A stretch of DNA of 64,000 bases from contig CAUACA010000001.1 of NCBI GenBank assembly GCA_958427355.1, positions 103,269 to 167,268 of the forward strand. Direction: 5' to 3'. The notes under the pieces are model-generated. The model was not told the origin of the DNA and did no database searches. It worked only from the letters and a program-made list of their open reading frames with translations. The position numbers and the translations under genes are program-made. The stretch comes from an uncultured Collinsella sp. (lineage in GTDB: Bacteria > Actinomycetota > Coriobacteriia > Coriobacteriales > Coriobacteriaceae). Shown here piece by piece: positions 38,775 to 48,599 of this stretch. Every line of letters starts with the position of its first letter. Positions within the stretch are counted from its first letter, which is position 1.

Positions 38775-39005
38775 TGTTGTCTCCTTGGTCATGGTGTACC
38801 CGCCTATGGTACCCGTGACGGTGCGTGTAATCATCGAGAGCTTCATGGATGCCTCATTTTTATCTATCGAGCAAATGCCCAAGGCTTGAGATAAATGCCA
38901 CGGATCAATTTGTCCCATAACCTACCTTGGGGATGGGTTGAGAGGGGTGCAGGGTAGCGGTATCGTGAACCGAATAAAAACAAAACCCAAGTAAGGGAGT
39001 TGGAT

Positions 39006-40289
39006 ATGAGCGAGCAGACCATCGGTACGACGTGCGTTCAGGGCGGGTATCACCCGGGAGATGCGGAGCCGCGCCAGGTGCCCATCTACCAGTCCACCAC
39101 GTGGAAGTACGACACGTCCGAGCACATGGGCAAGCTGTTTGACCTGGAGGAGTCGGGCTATTTCTACAGCCGTCTGCAGAACCCCACGTGCGATTTGGTT
39201 GCCGCCAAGATCTGCGAGATGGAGGGCGGCACCGCAGCGATGCTCACGAGCTCGGGCATGGCTGCGAACTTCCTCGCGATCTTTAACGTGGCCGGTGCCG
39301 GCGATCACGTGGTCGCAAGCTCTGCCATCTACGGCGGTACCTACAACCTGCTCGCCCACACCATGGGCCGTATGGGGCTGACCTGCACGTTCGTTGCCCC
39401 CGACTGCACCGATGAGGAGCTCGAGGCAGCCTTCCAGCCCAACACCAAGCTCGTCTTTGGCGAGACCATCGCCAATCCCGCCCTCGCCGTGCTCGATATT
39501 GAGCGCTTTGCCAAGGCCGCGCATGACCACGGCGTGCCGCTGATGGTCGACAACACCTTCCCGACGCCCGTGATGTGCCGTCCCTTTGAGTGGGGCGCCG
39601 ACATCGTTACGCACTCCACCACCAAGTACATGGATGGACATGCTGCCTACCTGGGCGGCGTGATCGTCGACCACGGTCAGTTTGACTGGATGGCCCATGC
39701 GGACAAGTTCCCGGGTCTCACCACGCCTGACGAGAGCTATCACGGCGTGACGTATGCCGAGAAGTTCGGTCGCGAGGGCGCCTTCATTACCAAGGCCACC
39801 GCGCAGCTCATGCGCGATCTTGGTCCCATGCAGAACCCGCAGGCGGCATTCTTCCTGAACAGCTCGCTCGAGAGCCTGCACGTGCGCATGCCGCGTCATT
39901 GTGAGAACGGCCTGGCCGTTGCCAAGTTCCTGCAGAGCCATCCCAAGGTGCGCTTCGTGAGCTATCCGGGTCTGGAGGGCGATAAGTACTATGACATGGC
40001 TCAGAAGTACATGCCCAACGGTACGTGCGGCGTTGTGAGCTTTGGCTTTAACGGTGGTCGCGCGGCGGCCGAGACCTTTATGAAGAGCCTCAAGCTCGCC
40101 CAGATCGCCACGCACGTGGCCGACGCCCGCACTTGCTGCCTGCATCCCGCTAATGCCACGCATCGTCAGATGAACGATGAGGAGCTCATCGCCTGTGGCA
40201 TCTCCGCCGACATGGTGCGCCTGTCGTGCGGCCTCGAGGACACGGCCGACCTGATTGCCGACCTTGAGCAGGCACTCGAGCAGTGCTAG
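39006..40289 (+). CDS. metY: O-acetylhomoserine aminocarboxypropyltransferase/sulfhydrylase
   Basis: PIYQST, YSRLQNPT, VDNTF, HSTTKYMDGH. Confidence 0.88.
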   Translation: MSEQTIGTTCVQGGYHPGDAEPRQVPIYQSTTWKYDTSEHMGKLFDLEESGYFYSRLQNPTCDLVAAKICEMEGGTAAMLTSSGMAANFLAIFNVAGAGDHVVASSAIYGGTYNLLAHTMGRMGLTCTFVAPDCTDEELEAAFQPNTKLVFGETIANPALAVLDIERFAKAAHDHGVPLMVDNTFPTPVMCRPFEWGADIVTHSTTKYMDGHAAYLGGVIVDHGQFDWMAHADKFPGLTTPDESYHGVTYAEKFGREGAFITKATAQLMRDLGPMQNPQAAFFLNSSLESLHVRMPRHCENGLAVAKFLQSHPKVRFVSYPGLEGDKYYDMAQKYMPNGTCGVVSFGFNGGRAAAETFMKSLKLAQIATHVADARTCCLHPANATHRQMNDEELIACGISADMVRLSCGLEDTADLIADLEQALEQC

Positions 40290-40429
40290 GCTAGCTCCGT
40301 ACAAGGTGCCGATGCTGGCGGAAGCTTCGGCGACCTTTCGTTCCGATTCCGTAGGCGGGACCCCAATCGCGACTGTTCGCAGGCGATCGGGGCCCCGTTT
40401 TTTGCGTTGGGCCACTCGAAAGGATGGAT

Positions 40430-41734
40430 ATGGAGAAAACTGCAGAGCAGCTGCGCCGCGAGCACATTGCTCTAGAGGGCGACACCCACGGCAAGAACAA
40501 ATGGGCGATTCTGTTCACCGTGCTCATCATGACGTTTATGGTGTGTCTGGATTCGACCGTCGTGACCGTGGCGCTGCCCGTGATGCAAAAGGAGCTGGGC
40601 GTGGGCCTCGATCGCATTCAGCTGGTGAGTTCGGTGTACCTGCTTGCGACATGCGTGGCTATGTTGTCGTTTGGCCGTCTGGGCGACGTGCGCGGCAAGG
40701 TGAATGTGTTCCAGCTGGGCGTCATCGTCTTTTCGGTCGGTTCGCTGCTGTGCGGCCTTTCGGCCTCGCTCGAGGTTCTTATCTTGGCACGCATTGTTCA
40801 GGGCATCGGTTGCGCGGCGGCCATGGCTAACAACATGGGTATCATCACCGAGTCGTTTCCGGCGCGCGAACGAGGCCGTGCCATGGGTATTCTCGCGACC
40901 TTTGTGGCCCTCGGCATGATGTGTGGCCCCGTGCTCGGCGGCATGCTGGTGGCAAGCTTTCCCTGGGAGAGTATCTTCCTCATCAACCTGCCTATTGGCG
41001 TCATCTCGTTTATCGTGGGGCTCTACACGCTGCCGCATGTTAAGCCGGAGGCCGGCGAGCGCCCCATGTCCCTGATCGAGGCTGCTCGTCGCTGCTTTGC
41101 AAATTCGGCCTTCACTATCAACCTTGCCTGCATGCTCATCGTGTTCGTTGGTATTGGCGCATCCGAGTTTATTTTGCCGTTCTATTTTCAGGACGCCCAC
41201 GGCTTTGGTTCCGACATTTCCGGATTGCTGTTTTTGGCGCTGCCGATGGTGAATGCCTTTATCGGCCCGCTTTCGGGTACGGTTTCGGACCGCGTTGGCT
41301 GCGAGGGCCCCACGGCGGTCGGCCTGGGCGTGTATGTGTGCGGTCTCTTTGCAGTAAGCACGCTCGACGAGCACTCTTCTATCCCTGTGATCGTGTGCTG
41401 CGTCGCATTTATGTCGTGCGGTACGTCGATTTTCCAAAGCCCCAACAACTCGCTGTACATGGGCTCGGCTCCGCGCGAGGCACTTGGCTTTGCAGGTAGC
41501 TTGGGCAGCTTGGCGCGCTATGCGGGCATGGCGCTGGGTATTACGGCAGGTTCGCATATCCTCTATGGGCAGATGAGCGTGGCGATGGGCGAGGCTGTGA
41601 CCAGTTTTGTTGCAGGCCGTCCGGATGTATTCCTATTCGGCTTTCGCTCGGTGTTCTACGTGCTTATGGTTGTGGCCGCCGTGGGCTTTGCGCTTGCCAT
41701 GGTGCGTTTGGTGAAGATGCGCGCCCGCCATTAG
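40430..41734 (+). CDS. MFS transporter (DHA2-like)
   Basis: LDSTVVTVALP, GRLGD..G, W..IFLINLPIG. Confidence 0.88.
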   Translation: MEKTAEQLRREHIALEGDTHGKNKWAILFTVLIMTFMVCLDSTVVTVALPVMQKELGVGLDRIQLVSSVYLLATCVAMLSFGRLGDVRGKVNVFQLGVIVFSVGSLLCGLSASLEVLILARIVQGIGCAAAMANNMGIITESFPARERGRAMGILATFVALGMMCGPVLGGMLVASFPWESIFLINLPIGVISFIVGLYTLPHVKPEAGERPMSLIEAARRCFANSAFTINLACMLIVFVGIGASEFILPFYFQDAHGFGSDISGLLFLALPMVNAFIGPLSGTVSDRVGCEGPTAVGLGVYVCGLFAVSTLDEHSSIPVIVCCVAFMSCGTSIFQSPNNSLYMGSAPREALGFAGSLGSLARYAGMALGITAGSHILYGQMSVAMGEAVTSFVAGRPDVFLFGFRSVFYVLMVVAAVGFALAMVRLVKMRARH

Positions 41735-41891
41735 CGTGTTAGGAGGCTGTCTGCCACGATTCGCGCCGTCCCAAAAAGACTGGTTTGTGGTGCGATGCGG
41801 CTTGTGGGGCGGGCGGGGGTCGGTCCGTGGTAGACTATCGAACAACGTTTATTAATCGCGCGGTATCGTTGCCGCGAGAAGGGGTTGCGCC

Positions 41892-42470
41892 ATGCAGGAG
41901 CTTGAGGATCGTATTCGCCATGACGGCATCGTAAAGGCCGGTAACGTCCTTAAGGTTGATGCCTTCCTCAACCACCAGTGCGACGTTGAGCTGTTCGACC
42001 ACATGGGTGCCGAGTGGGCCCGTCTGTTCGAGGGTGTCGAGATCAACAAGATCCTGACGATCGAGGCTTCGGGCATTGGCATGGCTTGCATTGCAGCTCA
42101 GCACTTTGGCGGCGTGCCGGTGGTCTTTGCCAAGAAGGCACAGTCCATCAACCTCGACGGCGAGCAGTATGCCACGACCATCTACTCCTTTACCAAGCAG
42201 AAGGAGTACCCGGTCATCGTTGGCAAGCGCTTCCTGTCCGAGGGCGATAAGGTCCTGATTATCGACGACTTCCTGGCCAACGGCTGCGCGCTCGAGGGTC
42301 TTATCAAGATCTGCGAGGCTGCAGGTGCCGAGGTATCCGGCATTGGCATTGCGGTGGAGAAGGGCTTCCAGGGCGGTGGCGATAAGCTCCGCGAGCGCGG
42401 CTTCCGCGTTGAAAGCCTAGCCCGTATCGCCGATATGGACTGCGATACCGGCGAGATCACCTTCGCCTAA
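41892..42470 (+). CDS. xpt: Xanthine phosphoribosyltransferase
   Basis: [26 protein letters not shown]. Confidence 0.94.
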   Translation: MQELEDRIRHDGIVKAGNVLKVDAFLNHQCDVELFDHMGAEWARLFEGVEINKILTIEASGIGMACIAAQHFGGVPVVFAKKAQSINLDGEQYATTIYSFTKQKEYPVIVGKRFLSEGDKVLIIDDFLANGCALEGLIKICEAAGAEVSGIGIAVEKGFQGGGDKLRERGFRVESLARIADMDCDTGEITFA

Positions 42471-42551
42471 GCGCGCAACACAAGCGATTGGTATGCGATG
42501 TGACAAAGGGACTTTCCCTTTGTCACATTTTTTATGAGGGGAGGTGTTGAT

Positions 42552-42932
42552 ATGGATGAGAACAAGATGGGATGGCGCGAGTATGCGCGCTATGCCGAGA
42601 TGTCGGTCGAGGAGTTGGCGCGCGATTGCGAGGTGCAGGTGTTTCGCGCGACAGGTCCGGGCGGACAGGGCGTGAACACGACGGACTCGGCGGTGCGCAT
42701 GAAACATATCCCTTCGGGGATTGTCGTGACGGCGCGTGAGAGCCGCAGCCAGTTTCAGAATCGCGCGAGCTGTCTGCGTAAGTTGCGCGCTGAGCTTGAG
42801 CGTCGCGGGCGTCCACCGCGCCGACGCGTAAAGACCAAGGTGCCTCAGCGCTCTCGCCAGCGCAGGCTCAGCGACAAACACTTCAACGCCATTAAAAAGG
42901 CCAACCGTCGTAAGCCGGGCGGGGAGGAATGA
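42552..42932 (+). CDS. arfB: Alternative ribosome-rescue peptidyl-tRNA hydrolase (ArfB-like)
   Basis: [14 protein letters not shown], basic C-terminal tail. Confidence 0.8.
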   Translation: MDENKMGWREYARYAEMSVEELARDCEVQVFRATGPGGQGVNTTDSAVRMKHIPSGIVVTARESRSQFQNRASCLRKLRAELERRGRPPRRRVKTKVPQRSRQRRLSDKHFNAIKKANRRKPGGEE

Positions 42933-42943
42933 TCTTCTCAATA

Positions 42944-43010
42944 AGTTGCGGTGAAATAGGGACTGTTTTGCGGCTTTAGCTGCATAAGCAGTCCCTATTT
43001 CACCGCAACT
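42944..43010. repeat. Palindromic REP/MITE-like element, copy 3
   Basis: AGTTGCGGTGAAATAGGGACTG...CAGTCCCTATTTCACCGCAACT. Confidence 0.8.
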
Positions 43011-43019
43011 TAGGTGGGG

Positions 43020-43982
43020 TTAGTGGGTTGGGTGCCAGACGTGGAGGGCGCCGGCCAGGACGTCGACCTCGATGCGCGAGGCGACGATGGGCTCGCCGTC
43101 GGCTTGGATGGGGTAGTCGGGCTCCTCGAACGTGAGCTCGGCATGACGGCAGCGACGCATGCGTACCGGCGGCAGCTTGGTGTGGTGGCCGTCCTTGGCC
43201 GAAAGAAACATGGGCAGGGCAATCGCACGGGGGACGGGGCCGCAGGCGTAGCAGACGTCGAGTATACCGTCACAGGGGTCGGCATCGGGACAGATGCGAT
43301 AGCCCGAACCATAGGTGGGCCCCAACTGAATGGCCATGATAATCGCCCGCACGCGCTCGGCAGGCGCACCGTCAAAACTCACTGTCATGGGATAGTTGCG
43401 GTAGCGTAGACCAAACTGCTCAAGTCCCGAGAGGGTGTAGAGCGGAGCGCCCGTCAAGCCCATCTTTTTGCGCAGCTCGGTGGTGCCAAGGCCGATGGCG
43501 GCATCGATGCCGACCGAAAGCGTCTGGTCGTAGTACTCAACGGCAGCCTCGCCGCTGCCGCTCGCAGGGCTCCACGAGCGAATGCGCCCGATGTCCTGAC
43601 GCTGCAGCTCGCAGGTGAGCAGCGCGCCAAAATCCTTGCCGGAGAAATCGTCGATGCCGAGCGTTTGGGCAAAATCGTTGCCGGAGCCCACGGGCAGGAC
43701 GGCAAGGGCGGGCCGGATCGCCTCATCCTGCGTCATGAGTCCATTGACGACCTCGTGGATCACGCCGTCGCCGCCGAGTGCGATAACGGTGCGATAGCCC
43801 GTTGCCTGGGCGGCAAGCTCCTTGGCATGCCCCGCGCGTTCGGTCAGCACCAAGTCAAACTGGGATGCGCGCGCGGTCATGTCCAAAAAGCGCTGCAGGC
43901 GCTCGGCAACTTCGCGCGCCGCACCCGACTGGGCGGCTGGGTTGGCGATGATGAGCGTGCGACCAAAATCAGTTGCGTGCAT
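43020..43982 (-). CDS. Diacylglycerol/lipid kinase family protein
   Basis: NPAA, GGDGVIHEVVNG, PVGSGNDFA, QADGE. Confidence 0.9.
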   Translation of the reverse strand: MHATDFGRTLIIANPAAQSGAAREVAERLQRFLDMTARASQFDLVLTERAGHAKELAAQATGYRTVIALGGDGVIHEVVNGLMTQDEAIRPALAVLPVGSGNDFAQTLGIDDFSGKDFGALLTCELQRQDIGRIRSWSPASGSGEAAVEYYDQTLSVGIDAAIGLGTTELRKKMGLTGAPLYTLSGLEQFGLRYRNYPMTVSFDGAPAERVRAIIMAIQLGPTYGSGYRICPDADPCDGILDVCYACGPVPRAIALPMFLSAKDGHHTKLPPVRMRRCRHAELTFEEPDYPIQADGEPIVASRIEVDVLAGALHVWHPTH

Positions 43983-44069
43983 GGGGCGACTCCCGGCGTA
44001 TGACGTGACGGTGCGGTCGCGCTCAGGTCGAATTGCCCCTGATTGTGGCTGCACGGCGAATACTTACGT

Positions 44070-45491
44070 CTACTCTATCAGGTCGTTGTGGCGCTCGATA
44101 GCATCCGCTACTGTACCGCCCTCATCCACAATAAGCGAACGGCGCTTGGGTGAGATGATACGCTGGGCGGGGTACACGCCGCGGTGTCCGCCGGTTAGGT
44201 AGCTGATAAAGGCTACGATGACAAAGAACCCGGCAGCCGTGCCGTGGAACAGGTCGATGGCCATCATACAGGTGGTGATGGGTACGTTAAGGCCGGCGCA
44301 GAACACGCCGAGCATGCCCAGCGCCGCCAGAAAGCTGGGGTCGATTCCGACGAGGCAACCGATCCAACCGCCGAGCGCCGCACCGATGCCAAACAGGGGT
44401 GTGACCTCGCCTCCTTGGAAGCCGGCGCCCAGGGTGAGCGCCGTCACCACGAGCTTGATGGCTGCGTCGGCAAGGGTCGTGTTGCCGGCGAACCCGGCGC
44501 CCGAGAGCCAGGTGGCAAGGCCGGCATACTTCCAGGCGTCGAGCATCGTGTATGCCGCGAGCACCACGAGCGCGCCCACGAGTGCGCGAACGAGGTAATT
44601 GGTGATAAAGCGACCGTACAGGCTCTTGACGGTTCGAACCGACCAGGCAAAGAGGCGTGCCGTCAAACCGAAGATAATGGCGCTGATAACAACGATGACA
44701 ACCGTCCGTGGTGTCATGTTGGGAACGCTGGCGATGGCATTCGCCTCGTACTCGGTTCCCAAGGCAAGCGACGTAAAGTAGCCGGTAAACGAGGCGACCA
44801 GGCAGTAGATGCCCGCGGTGTAGTCGATCTTGCCGATAAAGCACATCTCCATGCCAAAGAAGGCTCCGGCGAGGGGTGAACCGAATACGGCGCCAAAGGC
44901 CGACGAGATGCCGGCGAGCATGAGGTCGTGGTGGTCATGCTTTTTGAGGTGGGCGAGGCTCGAGATGTTGCTGGCGATGGTGCCGCCAATCTGCACCGCG
45001 GCTCCCTCGCGACCGGCCGATCCGCCCGTTAGGTGCGTGAGCGTGGAGCAGACGAAGGTGAGGACGGCCATGCGCATATGGATAAGGCGTGTGCCCAGGG
45101 CGGAGTCGATGACCAGGTTGTTACCTCGTTTGGCGGCAAGGCCGTGGTTTTTGTACACCCATGCGGTGGCAACGCCCACAACGGGAAGCAACACGTAAAT
45201 CCACACGTGGTGCTCGCGATAATCGGTCGCGATATTCAGCGAGGCCAAAAATGCCCAAGCGGCAACACCCATGGCGAGCGAGACGATGACGACGAGCGCG
45301 AGCAGTTTGGCGCTTGCAAACAGGTTGCGGGCGTTGCGGCGTGTGTCGGCGGCCAAGAGCTGCTCGGAGCGGGTGAGTTGACGCCTGCCGGCCATGATGA
45401 CGTCGCTAAGGGAGAAAAAGCCGCCATCGTCGAGCGGCTGGGAATGATCCTGCGCTTCGTTTGCGCTTTCGGGTTTGTTGTTATGAGCCAT
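44070..45491 (-). CDS. CLC family channel/transporter, CLC-F (fluoride exporter)-like
   Basis: GNNLV, GREG and GEVTP signature motifs. Confidence 0.85.
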   Translation of the reverse strand: MAHNNKPESANEAQDHSQPLDDGGFFSLSDVIMAGRRQLTRSEQLLAADTRRNARNLFASAKLLALVVIVSLAMGVAAWAFLASLNIATDYREHHVWIYVLLPVVGVATAWVYKNHGLAAKRGNNLVIDSALGTRLIHMRMAVLTFVCSTLTHLTGGSAGREGAAVQIGGTIASNISSLAHLKKHDHHDLMLAGISSAFGAVFGSPLAGAFFGMEMCFIGKIDYTAGIYCLVASFTGYFTSLALGTEYEANAIASVPNMTPRTVVIVVISAIIFGLTARLFAWSVRTVKSLYGRFITNYLVRALVGALVVLAAYTMLDAWKYAGLATWLSGAGFAGNTTLADAAIKLVVTALTLGAGFQGGEVTPLFGIGAALGGWIGCLVGIDPSFLAALGMLGVFCAGLNVPITTCMMAIDLFHGTAAGFFVIVAFISYLTGGHRGVYPAQRIISPKRRSLIVDEGGTVADAIERHNDLIE

Positions 45492-45702
45492 ATATTCCTC
45501 TTTTAGGTTGCAACGCAAGCATTATAAAACGCGGCAAGCGCGACGAGCCGGTGGGTTGGTTTCCATTCTGTTTCGCGGCTTGCGGCCGACAGGTGTATTT
45601 GCGGGTACAGGCCAAATCGCGGCCGCGCGTCGGGGGATTATACTGAGACAAGCATAAAGAATCGGCGTCCCTGTTGTGCGCCGTGGCATTAAAGAGGTGC
45701 AT

Positions 45703-46965
45703 ATGGCAGAGAAACTCATTCCGCTGGAGGACGCGCAGTCGATCGTTCTGTCGCACGTTGCTCCGACCGATCTCGTCGAGATTCCCGTGTGGCAGGCCGC
45801 CGGTCTTCCCTTGGCCGAGGACGCGGTGGCCGATATCGACATCTCGCCGTTTGCCAACAGCGCTATGGACGGATATGCCGTGCGCTCGGCGGACTTGGCG
45901 CAGGCATCTGACGAGGCACAGGTGACGCTCGACGTTATCGGACACGAGGCAGCGGGCCATGTCTTTGGGGGCGTGGTCGGCACGGGCGAGACCGTCCGCA
46001 TCATGACGGGCGCGCCGGTGCCCGAGGGTGCTGACGCCGTAGTGAAATACGAGATCGTCGACGTGCTTGACGGCGATGGCAACGAGGGCTCGCACGTTCG
46101 CTTCTCGGCGCCGGCCAAGGTAGGGGAGAACGTTCGCTCTGCCGCCGAGGAGGCCTATGCCGGCGATGCTGTGATGCGCGCCGGCGAGGTCGTGGCTCCG
46201 GCCGGCGCCGGCTTGCTGGCAAGCGCCGGATACGCGAGTGTGAAGGTGCACGCTGCCCCACGTGTGGGCATTATCTCGCTGGGCACGGAACTGGTCGCAC
46301 CGAGTAAGGTACCGGCGCGCGGTCAGATTCGCGATTCCAACTCCTCGGCGTTGATGGCCGAGGCGCTCGATGCCGGGGCAGATCCGGTGTTCTACGGCAT
46401 TGCGCCCGATGATGAGCAGGCGATTGCCGAGCTGGTGCATCGCGCCGTGCAGGAGTGCGATTTTGTCATTACGAGCGGCGGCGCCTCGGCGGGCGATTAC
46501 GACTACGTGACGGCGCTCGTCCGGCGCGAGGGCGAGGTGCTGTTCGATCGCATCTCGATGCGTCCGGGCAAGGCCATTACGTTTGGCTTGCTCGGGGGTA
46601 AGCCCTACCTGGGACTTTCAGGCAATCCGGCCGCGGCGTATGTAGGCTTTGAGATGCTTGCCCGTCCGGCGATTCGCAAGATGCGCGGCTTTGCCGAGGG
46701 CGAGCGTCCCGTGCAGCAGGCGATATTGACGCACGGCGTGAAGAAGCGCCAGGACCGACGCTTCTTCGATCGCGCCACGGTTTTGCGCGACCCCGAGACT
46801 GGTGAACTGTTGGTGACCGAGGCCAAGACGCAGAATTCGGCGCTGCTCGGCACGATGCAGCGGGCCAACTGCCTGCTGCGTATTGACGAAGGACCGTGTG
46901 ACCTTGCGGCGGGCGACGTCGTGGATGTCGTGCGTGTCGACCTGCCTGAGGGCACGGTGCTATAG
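45703..46965 (+). CDS. moeA: Molybdopterin molybdotransferase
   Basis: SAMDGYA, IMTGA, GGAS.GDYD, PGK, GNP. Confidence 0.93.
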   Translation: MAEKLIPLEDAQSIVLSHVAPTDLVEIPVWQAAGLPLAEDAVADIDISPFANSAMDGYAVRSADLAQASDEAQVTLDVIGHEAAGHVFGGVVGTGETVRIMTGAPVPEGADAVVKYEIVDVLDGDGNEGSHVRFSAPAKVGENVRSAAEEAYAGDAVMRAGEVVAPAGAGLLASAGYASVKVHAAPRVGIISLGTELVAPSKVPARGQIRDSNSSALMAEALDAGADPVFYGIAPDDEQAIAELVHRAVQECDFVITSGGASAGDYDYVTALVRREGEVLFDRISMRPGKAITFGLLGGKPYLGLSGNPAAAYVGFEMLARPAIRKMRGFAEGERPVQQAILTHGVKKRQDRRFFDRATVLRDPETGELLVTEAKTQNSALLGTMQRANCLLRIDEGPCDLAAGDVVDVVRVDLPEGTVL

Positions 46966-46975
46966 GAGGAAGACT

Positions 46976-47455
46976 ATGGAGTTAAAGATTTCGATTGTGA
47001 CGTGTTCGGACACGCGCGACCTTGCCCAGGACGAGGCCGGAGCTGCGCTCGAGGAACTTATCGAGGCGCAGAGCTGGACGGTCGCCTCACATGTGGTCGT
47101 GCGCGACGACGTCAGCGAGATTGGTGATGCCATTGTGGAAGCCGCCGATGAGTGCCACGCCAACGTCGTGCTCACCTGCGGCGGTACGGGGCTTTCGATG
47201 CGCGATGTGACGCCCGAGGCGACGCGTGCCGTCTGCGACCGCGATGTGCCGGGTATTGCCGAGGCGATCCGTGCGTACTCCATGACCAAGACGCGCCGCG
47301 CCATGCTCTCGCGCGCTATTTGCATGCAACGAGGTCATACACTTGTCGTAAACTTTCCCGGTTCTACGAAGGCCGCCCGCGAAAGCTGGGAGGCCATAGC
47401 GGACCAGCTGGAGCATGCGGCTCAGATGACGGCGGGCGGCGGACATACCAACTAA
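46976..47455 (+). CDS. MogA/MoaB molybdopterin adenylyltransferase
   Basis: TCSD, GGTG...RDVTPEA, NFPGS. Confidence 0.9.
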   Translation: MELKISIVTCSDTRDLAQDEAGAALEELIEAQSWTVASHVVVRDDVSEIGDAIVEAADECHANVVLTCGGTGLSMRDVTPEATRAVCDRDVPGIAEAIRAYSMTKTRRAMLSRAICMQRGHTLVVNFPGSTKAARESWEAIADQLEHAAQMTAGGGHTN

Positions 47456-47658
47456 GCGGTTTACCTGCGGCGGAGCGACCTTACGGGCTGCTCCGCCTTT
47501 TATTTGCGCCCAAGGGGACGGTATCCTGCAGGCATGTTGAAAATATATTCTCAAACGAGAATAATTTCTCATAATCATTATTCGCACCAGAGTATAATCT
47601 AATTACAGAATAAAGCCTGCGGCGGGGTGCCCGGGCATAGCGTTCGAAAGGGTTGAAC

Positions 47659-48531
47659 ATGTTCGATATGGTTTCACGCCGCGGTTTTGTCTCGCTTTCT
47701 GCTGCCGCTGCCGCCGGCCTTGGCCTTGCCGGCTGCTCCGGTAACAAGACGTCTGAGCCGACTGGCTCCGATGCCGGTTCTGCTAAGGCATCTTCCAAGA
47801 AGGCTGTCGAGCTGCAGGTCTTTGCCGCCAACTCGCTCGAGAAGGCTCTGCCCGAGGTTCAGGAGCTCTACACCGAGCAGACTGGCACCACGTTTGCCGA
47901 CACGCAGTTTAAGGCGTCCGGCGACCTTGTCGAGCAGATGCGCGCCGGCGCCACGGTCGACGTGCTCATTACCGCTTCCAAGGGCACTATGGATGATGCT
48001 GAGACCGCTGAGCTCGTCGATACTAATACCCGCGAGGATATGTTCGTCAACGACCTCGTGATCATTCGCGCCGAGGGCTCCGACACCAAGGTCGAGGCCA
48101 TCGCCGACGTCGCGAACCTGGACGGCAAGATTGCCATCGGCGACGCCAAGACCGTCCCCGCCGGCAAGTACGCCAACCAGGCGCTGGCTTCCGTGGGCCT
48201 CTACACCGGTACCGAGGGCGATGACGGCGAGTATGCTCCCGAGATTGCCGACAAGGTTGCGCTGGCTGACAAGGTCGGCACCGCTGCCGCCTACGTCTCT
48301 ACGGGCGACTGCGTGGCTGGTTTTGTCTACAGCTCCGACATCTTCCGCTATGACGGCATCGAGGAGGCCTTCGTGTGCCCCGAGGATTCGCACAAGCCCA
48401 TCGTGTACCCGGGCGCCGTTGCCGAGAGCTCCGAGCACGCCGACGAGGCCAAGGCGTTCATCGATTTCTGCCTGACCAACAAGAAGGCGCAGAAGATTTG
48501 GGCTAAGTACGGCTTTGAGCTTTCCGCATAG
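47659..48531 (+). CDS. modA: Molybdate ABC transporter substrate-binding lipoprotein
   Basis: SRRGF Tat-like signal with LAGC lipobox; AANSL, ASG.L, VPAGKYA. Confidence 0.9.
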   Translation: MFDMVSRRGFVSLSAAAAAGLGLAGCSGNKTSEPTGSDAGSAKASSKKAVELQVFAANSLEKALPEVQELYTEQTGTTFADTQFKASGDLVEQMRAGATVDVLITASKGTMDDAETAELVDTNTREDMFVNDLVIIRAEGSDTKVEAIADVANLDGKIAIGDAKTVPAGKYANQALASVGLYTGTEGDDGEYAPEIADKVALADKVGTAAAYVSTGDCVAGFVYSSDIFRYDGIEEAFVCPEDSHKPIVYPGAVAESSEHADEAKAFIDFCLTNKKAQKIWAKYGFELSA

Positions 48532-48599
48532 TGCGGCTTGGCGCGATAATTCCATCGTTTTGTGTTTCACTCCGTCCTTGTATTCGCTTGGAGCTTTTC

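Noticed and set aside
42498..42528. Palindrome TGTGACAAAGGG/CCCTTTGTCACA as a novel element
   Set aside because: Followed by a T-run directly after xpt; adequately explained as a terminator.
47610..47655. Moco riboswitch before modA
   Set aside because: Too short and lacks a convincing consensus structure by eye.
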